This document shows, piece by piece, positions 14,501 through 25,368 of a DNA stretch of 64,000 nt. The stretch's first letter is position 1. Each line of letters starts with the position of its first letter. The stretch is taken from positions 82,878 through 146,877 of the forward strand of contig NIVC01002720.1 in the NCBI GenBank assembly GCA_002269645.1, given 5' to 3'. The notes beneath the pieces are model-generated. The model saw nothing but the letters and a program-made list of their open reading frames with translations, was not told where the DNA came from and made no database searches. Source of the stretch: Macrostomum lignano (taxonomy: Eukaryota). Both the position numbers and the translations under genes were made by a program.

Positions 14501-14850
14501 CATACATGCCTAACACCTGTCCAACCTATCCAAACCAGATAGGTGAAATCGCCGCTAGCCAAGGTAAGTCGCAAAATCAAACATGCAAAAAACAAAAAAC
14601 AAGGGTAAGAAAAAAGAAGAGGAAGAGAAAAAAATAAAGAAAGAAGTAAGAGAAGAGAGAGGGGAAAAAGGAAAGAGAAGAAAAGAAAAAATGCAAGAAA
14701 ATTCATATACAAAATGATAATTAAGTTGCAATTGGGGGAGCAAAGTTGCAATCAGGAGGAACTAAGTCGCAATTGGGAGAAACTAAATCACAAATCTAGA
14801 CAAAACTAAGTTGCACCAGATAGGTAAAATTTTGAGGTTAGGCATGTATG
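14501..14850. mobile_element. hAT-type MITE (CATACATG family) without the 28S core
   Basis: TIR CATACATGCCTAAC / GTTAGGCATGTATG; exact 8-bp TSD CCTATAAG (14493-14500, 14851-14858); repeated AAGTCGCA/AAGTTGCA motifs shared with the other copies. Confidence 0.88.
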
Positions 14851-15170
14851 CCTATAAGCCTAATAAAGTTAAGCAATAGGCCTATAAAGTAATATAGACC
14901 TAATAAATATAATATATTCTATTTCTATGTTAGACTAATATATATTAACCTAAAATTAAAACTTGTTACCATATTTTGAATCATGTAGTATATATTCAAA
15001 AAATTTTATATGTAAATTTCAAGTTTTCTGGTTTTTAAACTTGTAATAGACATTTAAACAAATGTTTATATATATATGTATATATATAATTTAGTCTTTT
15101 AGTCCAATTGCAACTTAGTCTTTCTTGCCTTTTTGACTAAACTATCTTTAGTAAAAAATCAATATATATA

Positions 15171-15317
15171 TTTTTGGTAGATAATTTGGTTGCTTATTTA
15201 TCTTTCTTGCCTTTTTGACTAAACTATCTTTAGTAAAAAATCAATATATATATATATAAGATAGTTTAGTCAAAAAGGCAAGAAAGATAAATAAGCAACC
15301 AAATTATCTACCAAAAA
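15171..15317. repeat. Perfect 60-bp inverted repeat with 27-nt AT-rich loop
   Basis: 15171-15230 is the exact reverse complement of 15258-15317; an adjacent direct duplication is also present (about 15117-15170 versus 15200-15255). Confidence 0.9.
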
Positions 15318-15829
15318 GATTATTTATACAATACAAAAGGTCATTTATTGTTGCAACACTAACAGATTTGAAAGTGTAGGCGTACACTAATTTTTTGGTT
15401 GCATTTATAACTATTCAATTTTTTTTCATGCATGCATTAAGCATGATCTGGATTATAGAGTTGCACTAATTAATTTAATTAAAAGTGGGTACTAAGGCCT
15501 ATTTATAAAATGGCGCCTATTCTATATAGTATAGATATGCCTAGATGGTGGGTCAAATTAAGCCATATAGAGTTTAATGTCTTATTCAAAAAAGTATTTC
15601 AAGTAGTTTAGTTAGTAATAAGTAAGTAGATAGTTAGTAGGTAGGTTAGAAATCAAAACTTTGACCCTTTGATTTTATAAATCTAATGCTCTAACTAACC
15701 ACTAGTCTATAACTTAAATACTTTTGGATATTAGACTAAATGTTATCTTTTTTTACCTAATTGTTTATTGCCTAACTATATCTTTAAATGTTATAATTTG
15801 GATGAATAGATATAAACACATATAAACAT

Positions 15830-16110
15830 ATGAGCAGACTGCAATATGCAGATGAGCAGACTGCAATATGCAGATGAGCAGACTGCAATATGCAGATGAG
15901 CAGACTGTAATATGCAGATGAGCAGACTGCAATATGCAGATGAGCAGACTGCAATATGCAGATGAGCAGACTATAATATGCAGATGAGCAGACTGCGATA
16001 TGCAGATGAGTAGATTGAATATGCAGCAAGCAGATTATAATATGCAGATGAGTAGACTGCAATATGCAGATAAGCAGACTGCAATATTAACACTGCAATA
16101 TTGAGCAGAC
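15830..16110. repeat. 22-bp minisatellite (GAGCAGACTGCAATATGCAGAT) just upstream of the CPOX start codon
   Basis: About 11-12 tandem copies decaying toward 16110. Confidence 0.93.
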
Positions 16111-16139
16111 TAATATCAGTTATTTGAACTACTGGCTTT

Positions 16140-19100
16140 ATGTCTCTCCGTCGACTTGTCCAATTCGCCACTGTTGGCACTGCATCAGCATGGCGATGGC
16201 GTCGGCCCTACCTTCTGGTTGGCATGGCAACCGTGGCCACATCGGGCGCGGCGCTGGCTCTGTCTATTAAAAGAGAAAACTGGCCGGCATTGCCACTTCC
16301 AGCTGTTGTCAAATCGGCATCCGTGTGCAGCGCGGCCAGCATTGGGCGGCCGCAGCACTGGATGACCGACCCAGTGTCCGAGACAGGCTGGCTATGCGAT
16401 CCGTCCAATAGTGCCGAGCCCCGAGTCGGCATGGAGCGACTCTGTATGGATTTGCAGGTTTGACTGGCTTGTGTCTATGCTGCTCCTAGATAGTGCGTGT
16501 TTTCATTGCCTAGGTCATTGATTGTTTCCTTAGGAATGCCTGTTTCCTAGATTTGCGTCTAATCTTATCGCCCTCTAGAGTCGTGTCTAATCGCCATCTA
16601 GATTCGTATCTAATCACCATCTAGAGTCGTGTCTAATCGCCATCTAGATTCGTATCTAATCACCATCTAGAGTCGTGTCTATTCCCATCTAGATTCGTAT
16701 CTAATCACCATTTAGAGTCGTGTCTAATCAACATTTAGAGTCGTGTCTAATCACCATCTAGAGTCGTCGTCGTGTCTAATCAACATCTAGAGTCGTGTCT
16801 AATCACCATCTAGAGTCGTGTCTAATCACCATCTAGAGTCGTGTCTAATCGCCATCTAGATTCGTATCTAATCACCATCTAGAGTCGTGTCTAATCGCCA
16901 TCTAGATTCGTATCTAATCACCATCTAGAGTCGTGTCTATTCCCATCTAGATTCGTATCTAATCACCATTTAGAGTCATGTCTAATCAACATCTAGAGTC
17001 GTGTCTAATCACCATCTAGAGTCGTCGTCGTGTCTAATCAACATCTAGAGTCGTGTCTAATCACCATCTAGAGTCGTGTCTAATCACCATCTAGAGTCGT
17101 GTCTAATCGCCATCTAGATTCGTATCTAATCACCATCTAGAGTCGTGTCTAATCGCCATCTAGATTCGTATCTAATCACCATCTAGAGTCGTATAATTTC
17201 TCCAAGTGACATGTCTCCATAGACTGAGTACAACATTGTGATGTGGCCGCAGCCTTCTGCTGCAAGCATAGGGCCGCAGTCACATCTTAGGCACTGTGTC
17301 CGCTGCTAGTATCTGGAATAGGAATTTTTCTGCTGCCTCCATGCACTCTAAGCAGCCTTCCTTGGCGCTCAGAAGTTGCACAATATGGCGCAATCTTTGA
17401 CATAGGAAATTAGGAAGTTTGCCTAGCCTAGGGTTAGTTAGTGGAAGCCGCCAAATTTGGCGCTTGCCTGTACTGTTGTTGCCTGGCCTGCCGCGTACAA
17501 TCGCTCAGTGTACGCAAGTCTAGTTAGCCGCACTCCTCCCCCGTGCGCTCTCTGGACCCTTCCCCTTCTGCTCTCTCGTTCCTCCTGCGTCCGAGCCTCT
17601 CCCCATGCGTCATTCTATTTTTAGACTGAGGGTTTCGCGGACCCCGTGTCCCGAGCTGAACCCTCCCTCACGTGCTGCCTTGTGCGCACAAGCCCAAATT
17701 TGGCATGCTATTGTCACTAGTGGCTGGAGGCGACTGTCGGCGCTTCGTACAAGCTACTTTCTCCCCCATGTTTAATCAATATCTGTTGTGCATCATTATC
17801 CGCACTTTTCGGGCTGCAGTTCCATGGTCAACCCACGGAATGCCCAAACGCTCCACCCTCCGCGTTCTATATTAACGAATGCAGGCCCGCTTGTCTGATT
17901 TTTCATCAGAACCGCCTCGTGAGGACTTGTCGAGAGCTTTCTCCAAGTCTAGCGCTCTAGCGCCGGTTAACAGCGAAGCAAAGCTCCTGAGCAGGTCTTG
18001 GTAGAGCTATAAGCATCGCTAAGCAGCTGCAAGCTCCTGAGCAGGTCTTGGTAGAGCATTGCAGCGCTCAAGCAGAAAGCACGCTCCTGAGCAGGTCTTG
18101 GTAGAGCATTGCTAGTGCTATAGCTCTGGTTTTCCAGCCTACCCTATTGGCAGGAAATCAGTTAGCTGAAGCCATTCTGCTAGTGTCAATCCGCGACACA
18201 GGCGCGAATAAGAGTGAGAGTGAGTGTGCAGTCGCAGCACTCGTGCGCGATTCTAAGACTAGCTGTTAGTTTATAGGCCTAGAGTCTATTGCTGCTTCAG
18301 GCGCATAGACCTATTCCTCGCCGCCCATCTGCGCGAGACGTAGCTATTAGGTTGGTAGGAGTTAGGGGTCCTCTGAGAGCTAAACTCAGACACGCTCAAG
18401 CGCGGACATTTGTCAGTGCCAGGACTGCGCCGCTCAGGCCATTTGCTACCATTGAGTCCTGTCACTTGGACATTGAAATATCTGAGACTAGTTGTTCTAG
18501 CGTTATTTATTTGCGTGGAGCCCAAACAGACCCCTTCATTGCGGATCCTACGGTTCCCACGCTGGTGGCAGCACTACCCTTAATTTTAGATTTCTCCCCA
18601 GTCTCAGCCCCCATAAGTATAACCGCTAAGACCGCCCCGGCCAATAGCAGTCCACCTAGTTCTATCCCGGGCAGTAAAGCGAGTTATATCAATTGTATGA
18701 CTATAACATAATTAAATCTACATATTCAAGGGCCGCCTATGCCGCGCCATGGAAGAACTGGACGGCGAAGCCCGTTTCATAGTTGACAAATGGGCTCGGC
18801 CCTCCGGCGGCGGCGGCATCTCCTGCGTGCTAACCGACGGTGTCGTGTTTGAACGGGCCGGCGTCAACATCAGCGTGGTGCACGGCAGCCTCAGCCAGCA
18901 GGCTGTGCGCCAGATGAACTCGCGGCCGGATCGGCACAAGCTGCCCGAGGGCAAGGAGCTGCCATTCTGCGCTATCGGCATTAGCTCGGTTATCCATCCG
19001 CGCAATCCGTTTGTCCCAACTATGCACTTTAATTTCCGCTACTTCGAAGTTGACGATGGCAAAGGCGGCGTCTCTTGGTGGTACGGCGGCGGCGCCGATC

Positions 19101-20412
19101 TGACGCCGACGTTTCTCGATAAAGATGACGCGACGCATTTCCACAGGACGCTGAAGGCCGCCTGCGATAAGCATGACAAGTGAGCGACGTTGCGCTATGT
19201 TTATTGACCTTGGGTAGGCAGGGGTAACGCCTCTGTAGCGCAAGCAGTCAATCGGGGCTTGAATCGACACAGTCGGTTAATAGCCGATCTAGAGTTTTAT
19301 TAGGCATAAGCACCTTTTTAGATCTTCAGACCTTTAATGGACCTTACATTTCAATAGGCATCTAGACCTTCAATACACTCAGACCCTCAAAAGACACACC
19401 CAGACCCTCAATATATATACAGTCAGCCCCTCAATAGGCACCCAGACCTTAAATACACTTAGATCCTCAATAGACACACTCAGACCTTTAATAGACACAC
19501 TCAGACCTTCAATAGGCACTCAGACCCTCAATAGACACACCCAGACCTTCAATAGACACACTCAGACCTTCAATAGGCACTCAGACCCTCAATAGACACA
19601 CCCAGACCTTCAATAGACACACTCAGACCTTCAATAGGCACTCAGACCCTCAATAGACACACTCAGACCTTTAATAGACACTCAGACCCTCAATAGACAC
19701 ACTCAGACCCTCAATAGACACACTCAGACCTTCAATAGACACACTCAGACCTTTAATAGACACACTCAGACCTTCAATAGGCACACTCAGACCCTCAATA
19801 GACACACTCAGACCTTCAATAGGCACACTCAGCCCCTTTACAGGCACTCAGACCCTCAATGGGCACACTCAGCCTCTCAATAGACACACCCAGACCCTTA
19901 ATAGACATCACAGACCTTTACAAGATATCCAGGCCTTTATTAGCTAGCTACGTATACCACTACAATCTACTGCCAGATCGCTGTACCCCAAGTACAAAGC
20001 CTGGTGCGACAATTACTTCGTCATCGAGCATCGCGGTGAGCGACGCGGAGTTGGCGGCATCTTTTTCGACGACGTTGACTCGCCCAACCAGCCAGCCGCG
20101 TTCGCTTTCGTATCCTCGTGCGCCGACGCCATCGAAGCCGCCTACCTGCCCATAGTGCGCCGGAATATGCGACGCGGCTATTCCTACGCTGACCGGCAGT
20201 GGCAGCTGCTCCGACGGGGTCGCTACGTAGAGTTTAATCTGGTGTACGATCGGGGCACCAAGTTCGGTCTGTTCACTAAGGACGCCAGGATTGAGAGCAT
20301 CTTGATGAGCTTGCCGCCGCTGGCTCGCTGGGAGTACTGCCACGATCCCGACTCTGATCCGGTCAAGGCTCAGCTGATGCGGGTGCTCAGGGAGCCAGTT
20401 GACTGGGCCTAA
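16140..20412 (+). CDS. CPOX: Oxygen-dependent coproporphyrinogen III oxidase, mitochondrial; exons 16140-16457, 18731-19179, 19977-20412 (400 aa)
   Basis: Conserved motifs [70 protein letters not shown] and [14 protein letters not shown] junctions (phase 0 and 2) join in frame. The N-terminus looks like a targeting peptide plus TM segment. Confidence 0.95.
16575..17192. repeat. 23-bp minisatellite (CTAGAGTCGTGTCTAATCACCAT) in CPOX intron 1
   Basis: About 26 copies with a higher-order duplication. Confidence 0.95.
19370..19920. repeat. 21-23-bp minisatellite (CACTCAGACCYTCAATAGACA) in CPOX intron 2
   Basis: About 24 tandem copies. Confidence 0.93.
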
Positions 20413-20461
20413 GTGCGCTAGTGATCTAGCTATTGGCACTAGGAGCTCTAGATAAGATTTC

Positions 20462-21020
20462 CTCAAGCTGCTGGGCAACTCGCCAGCCTCCCAGATCCTC
20501 AGCTGCTGGGCCACCCGCCAGCCTCCCAGATCCACAGCTGCTGGGCCACCCGCCAGCCTCCCAGATCCACAGCTGCTGGGCAACCCGCCAGCCTCCCAGA
20601 TCCTCAGTTGCTGGGATACCCACCAGTCTCCCAGATCCTCAGCTGCTGGGCAACCCGCCAGCCTCCCAGATCCTCAGCTGCTGGGCAACCCGCCAGCCTC
20701 TCAGATCCTCAGTTGCTGGGATACCCACCAGTCTCCCAGATCCTCAGCTGCTGGGCAACCCGCCAGCCTCCCAGATCCTCAGCTGCTGGGCAACCCGCCA
20801 GCCTCTCAGATCCTCAGTTGCTGGGATACCCACCAGTCTCCCAGATCCTCAGCTGCTGGGATACCCACCAGTCTCCCATATCCTCAGCTGCTGGGCAACC
20901 CGCCAGCCTCCCAGATCCTCAGCTGCTGGGCAACCCGCCAGCCTCCCAGATCCTCAGCTGCTGGGCAACCCGCCAGCCTCCCAGATCCTCAGCTGCTGGG
21001 ATACCCGCAGCCTCCCAGAT
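20462..21020. repeat. 35-bp minisatellite (CAGCTGCTGGGCAACCCGCCAGCCTCCCAGATCCT) directly 3' of the CPOX stop
   Basis: About 16 tandem copies; produces spurious ORFs 20433-21044 and 20608-21030. Confidence 0.95.
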
Positions 21021-21583
21021 TACTCGTTAATCTGCTTAGCATGAGTCAGTCCTGAAAAATATGTTATAAAGTGTAACCACTCGATTTGTGAGTTTTGCTT
21101 ATCATCGTCTTATCTATTACTTTTTCATTACATATGCACTCTGGCGCTGGTTTTCCCTAGTTTGAATTGGTGCTCTTTTGCTTATACTATGCGCATATCT
21201 GCATCCTGTGTAGTTTCCAGTTTAGCGACCAAGAGATTCATTGATAATTTGACAGCAATCACTTAATTAATGCGCTTAGTTATATGCGCTTTAATGTGCA
21301 TTTTTATTGCCCTAAATATACGTTATTTCCTAATTAATCTTTCTAATGCTTCAGCTTTACTCATAGAAAGTGTTTTTTTATCGGAAAGCTTGTTTCGCAA
21401 ATATCTGGATTGTATTTTACCCCTAATTCTGCATTAAAGATGAACGGGATCTGGATGCTTAGTAAAGCATATTGGGTCGCATTTTCCTGGTTTATATTTT
21501 TTTTACCAGACAATTACTCACAAGTCAGGCATAGCAGGCTTTAGTTTGATCAATACAAGCATTAGACAGGCAACTTTAGTTTG

Positions 21584-21887
21584 GATGGGTTGTAGCATAC
21601 TGGTTAGAACGTTCGGATTAACGACTGAGACGTTGGGGGTTCGATTTCGACCCAACTCGGAACAATTTGTGTCCTTGAGCAAGACACTTAACTCTGCATT
21701 GCTTCAGTTCACCCAGCTGTAAAATGGGTGCCAGCATTAGCTGGGGTAGTTGAGGGTGTGTGTGGTGACACCCCCCCCCCAGTCTTTGGACTGAACAGCC
21801 GTACACAGCCTTCAGCTGCGGCTGTGCTGTCGGTTGCACATCAGCTAATTAGAGCAGGTGTGATCAATGGTTATAATTATAATTATT
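21584..21887 (+). mobile_element. tRNA-headed SINE with a CORE(MIR)-like central domain
   Basis: A box TAGCATACTGG and B box GGTTCGATTTC, followed by CCTTGAGCAAGACACTTAACTC…CAGTTCACCCAGCTGTAAAATGGG, which resembles the CORE consensus (from memory); ATAATT-repeat tail. Confidence 0.75.
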
Positions 21888-22135
21888 TTGTTTGACCAAT
21901 AATTTCATTAGACAGGTAGCTTTTGTCTGACCAATACAAGCATTAGGCAGGTAGCTGTAATTTACCAATCGAGACATTAGGCAGGCAGTTTTCTGTTCCA
22001 TACAGACATTAGACAGGTAGCTGTAATTTACCAATAGAGACAGTAGGCAGACAGCCTTGTGTGGTCCGCAGAGGCATTGTACAGACTCACCTGAGCTCGT
22101 TAATTCACAAATAATTTAATATATTCCATGCCTGC

Positions 22136-24397
22136 ATGTTGCGCATTGCAGCGAAAGCAGCCGCTAAACTGCTGCCAATCAGTGCACACAGGCTCGGCAA
22201 CTCAGTAACTAATCACTACCGTCGACTTCTTATTGCGTCGTCCGCCACAATAGCAGCAGCAGCAACAGCAGTCGTCATGTCCGATAGAGGCCGAGCCAAG
22301 CTGCACGGTGCTTTTGGCACCAGTTACGATCCCAAGCATAGAGGTTAGTTTGAAGATTTTGGCGGTATTGAATCTTGCGGTCTGTCAGTTTGTCAGGTTC
22401 AGTGGGTGGGGCTTTCGGGCGCAGCCGCAGGTCTACGAGTATGCGACTGTTGGCCCACAGCCAATGAGGAGGCAAGCAGTCATGTCCATTTCGCACAGGC
22501 CGTTGAGCACGCGCACGGATACTTACGCAGGCACAAAGTATAGAAAAGCCAACCCCAAGGCCGATTTTCAAACAGAGCATAGCCACAAATGGATGTGGCC
22601 GTGGCCGTGCTCGGAATCGAACCTAGTACTTTGACGCGAGATAGTCGGTCGCGCTTACCGCTGAGCTACTCTGTCCCCGTTGCAATCTGTTAGATATTGA
22701 TACTTAGCTCGAATATGGCAAATAAGACAACTCATCGCTAAATCACCCCCCCCCTAAAGATGAGTTCCTGTCCATGCCGCTGGAGGAGCGCCGGAAGCAG
22801 TACAGCTGCGGCGAGAACTACACCCCCATGGTCGACATTCCAACCTGGGCGCAGCAGGCCGGCGCAGCCAAACAACCCAACGACGGCGACCCGCTAGCCA
22901 GACGCGTCTCGCTGCACGTTGGCGACATCACCAAGCTGGAGATCGACGCCATTGTTAATGCCGCTAATAGCAGCCTCTTGGGCGGCGGCGGCGTTGACGG
23001 CGCCATTCACCGAGCTGCTGGGCCGCTATTGAAGGCCGAGTGTGCTCAGCTGAAGGGCTGCGAAACCGGCGATGCCAAGGCCACCTGCGGTTATAAACTG
23101 CCTGCTAGGTACAGTGCAGCTTGGATTGCTCAAGGCTACCGCCCGCCTCCCAGTTCCTCAGTTGCTGGGCCAGCCTCCCCGATCCTCAGTTGCTGGGCCA
23201 GCCTCCCCGATCCTCAGTTGCTAGGCCAGCCTCCCCGATCCTCAGTTGCTGGGCCAGCCTCCCAAATCCTCAGTTGCTGGGCCACCGCCACCCTCCCCGA
23301 TCCTCAGTTGCTGGGCCAGCCTCCCCGATCCTCAGTTGCTAGGCCAGCCTCCCCGATCCTCAGTTGCTGGGCCAGCCTCCCAAATCCTCAGTTGCTGGGC
23401 CAGCCTCCCAGTTCCTCAGTTGCTGGGCCAGCCTCCCCGATCATCAGTTGCTGGGCCAGCCTCCCAAATCCTCAGTTGCTAGGCCAGCCTCCCCGATCCT
23501 CAGTTGCTGGGCCAGCCTCCCAAATCCTCAGTTGCTGGGCCACCGCCACCCTCCCCGATCCTCAGTTGCTGGACCAGCTTCCCCAATCCTCAGTTACTAG
23601 ACCAGCCTCCCCGATCCTCAGTTGCTAGGCCACCGCCACCCTCCCAGATCCTCAGTTGCTGGGCCACCGCCAGCCTCCCAATCTCCATCATAAATATCGG
23701 GCAATTTCAGCATCCCAAAACATGCCCGCCCAGGTACGTGCTGCACACGGTCGGGCCGATGGGCTCCGGTGACAAAGCCCTGAGAAGTTGCTACAGCCGC
23801 TGTCTGGAATTAGCGCGTCAGCACGGCCTCACCAGCGTCGCTTTCCCCTGCATAAGCACCGGAGTCTATGGCTTCCCGGCTGAACGAGCGGCCAAAATTG
23901 CCTTGGAGACTGTGCGCGATTTTCTAGCCAACGACAAGTACGGCGAGAAAATTGAGCGCATCATATTCTGCGTGTTTCTCGATGCGGACTACCGCCTGTA
24001 CACCCAGCTGCTGCCAGTGTACTTCCCCACTAAGCGACTGCCCACCAAGAAGCAGAAGGAAGAGCAGGAGGCGGCCGATGAGACATCCGCCCCTGCCGCT
24101 GAGACATCCGCCCCTGCCGGTGAGACATCCGCCCCTGCCGGTGAGACATCCGCCCCTGCCGGTGAGACATCCGCCCCTGCCGGTGAGACACCCGCTCCTG
24201 CTGGCGAGACATCCGCCCCTGCCGGTGAGACATCCGCTCCTGCCGGTGAGACCTCCGCTCATGCCGGTGAGACACCCGCCACTGCCGGTGAGACATCCGC
24301 TCCTGCTGGTGAGACATCCGCCCCTGCTGGTGAGACATCCGCCCCTGCCGGTGAGACACCCGCCACTGCCGGTGATACCACCCAGCCAGCCACTTAA
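22136..24397 (+). CDS. MACROD: MacroD1/2-type ADP-ribose glycohydrolase; exons 22136-22343, 22760-23108, 23734-24397
   Basis: Macro-domain motifs [63 protein letters not shown] and [12 protein letters not shown] junctions (phase 1 and 2) restore the frame. The basic Ala-rich N-terminus resembles a mitochondrial presequence. MACROD1 versus MACROD2 not resolved. Confidence 0.92.
22375..22678 (-). mobile_element. tRNA-derived SINE in MACROD intron 1
   Basis: The minus strand reads GGGACAGAGTAGCTCAGCGGTAAGCGCG…GGTTCGATTCCG…GGCCACATCCATTTGTGGCT, the same head as the copies at 9017 and 52720. Confidence 0.7.
23140..23685. repeat. 28-bp minisatellite (CAGTTGCTGGGCCAGCCTCCCCGATCCT) in MACROD intron 2
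   Basis: About 18 copies; related to the 35-bp array at 20462. Confidence 0.95.
24079..24375 (+). repeat. Coding 21-bp minisatellite encoding (ETSAPAG) x14 at the MacroD C-terminus
   Basis: GAGACATCCGCCCCTGCCGGT repeats in frame before the stop at 24397. Confidence 0.92.
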
Positions 24398-24854
24398 ATG
24401 AATTTAATTTCAAAAGATTCGTTGTGCGACTATTAACACAGCCATTTTTAACATGTCTTAAGTCCCATATATTCAAGCTGTTTTCCTTTCTCTTATTCAG
24501 AAAAATTTTCAAGATCGTGTTTTGGCTTTTTTCGTTTTCTTTTTCTAACTCGATCTTAATATACGAAATCTACGAATATACGACTTTTGCATAGGGATCG
24601 CTGCAGGTGGATTGGCCACTATTTTATGGTAAAGTGATTACAATGCATACAAAACGGAAACACCAAACCAAAAAAACTTGCTACAAAACTTTTTGTTGCG
24701 CTCATTCTAAAAAAATATTGAAGTCGCCAGCCTTCTGGACCATCGATATTTTGAAAGATTCTGTCAGAAGGTTGGATTTTCTTCTATGAATGCTAGTGTA
24801 GTCCCCTGTTTAGTCCGGCCTTGCTAAGTCTTCAACTTTCATTAGTGCGTTCAT

Positions 24855-25030
24855 CTCTGACTTCGTTGGCCCACTGGCCTTCAGCCAGGTGGAGCTTCTG
24901 GACCTTCAACAGGGTAGCACCAGGTGACTATGGACACCCTGTTTGCAACTATGTCAGATTTCGCTGACTAATTAAGCCTTGACCTCAACTCTAGTTATCC
25001 TCCTGAACTAGTCTCTCAAGCATTCCGTCT
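24855..25030 (+). repeat. Isolated fragment of the foldback TIR/151-bp satellite
   Basis: CTCTGACTTCGTTGG…ACTGGCCTTCA…GGAGCTTCTGGACCTTCAACAG…CACCAGGTGACTATGGACACCCTG matches 38035-38059 joined to 42705 onward, without the LTR insertion. Confidence 0.8.
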
Positions 25031-25368
25031 GTGGGCCTTACCACGAGGTATTTCTAGCTCGTACTGTTAATCGGATGCTTACTGTTGGATCCTCAAGCAC
25101 TAATTCTCTTGTACAATATAATAAAATGATGAATAACATCGACACGGCTCTTTGAGAACAGAAATATTTGGCTGCTTCTGCTCATTAGAAACCGAGCAGC
25201 CGCGACAAGTCCCGATGTATTTCTCTTTGTTGGCAAATAAATGAACGCCGGCAACTCTAAAACAGGACGCTCTCTAATACAGAAGCGCGATTGATTATTG
25301 GCCAGAAAATGAAAATGATTGTCCACACAATTGTTATTAAACTATATAGCTTTAATATCGGGGACGGG

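Noticed and set aside
17983-18107. Three 25-bp direct repeats (GCTCCTGAGCAGGTCTTGGTAGAGC) with 25-bp spacers, CRISPR-like
   Set aside because: The two spacers resemble each other, so this is a decayed 50-bp tandem repeat. It sits in a eukaryotic intron and there are no cas genes.
19977-20000. Possible frameshift at the start of CPOX exon 3
   Set aside because: On re-reading, CTG TAC CCC AAG stays in frame through to the stop at 20412.
20426-21044. ORFs downstream of CPOX
   Set aside because: They arise from the 35-bp repeat and have no domain content.
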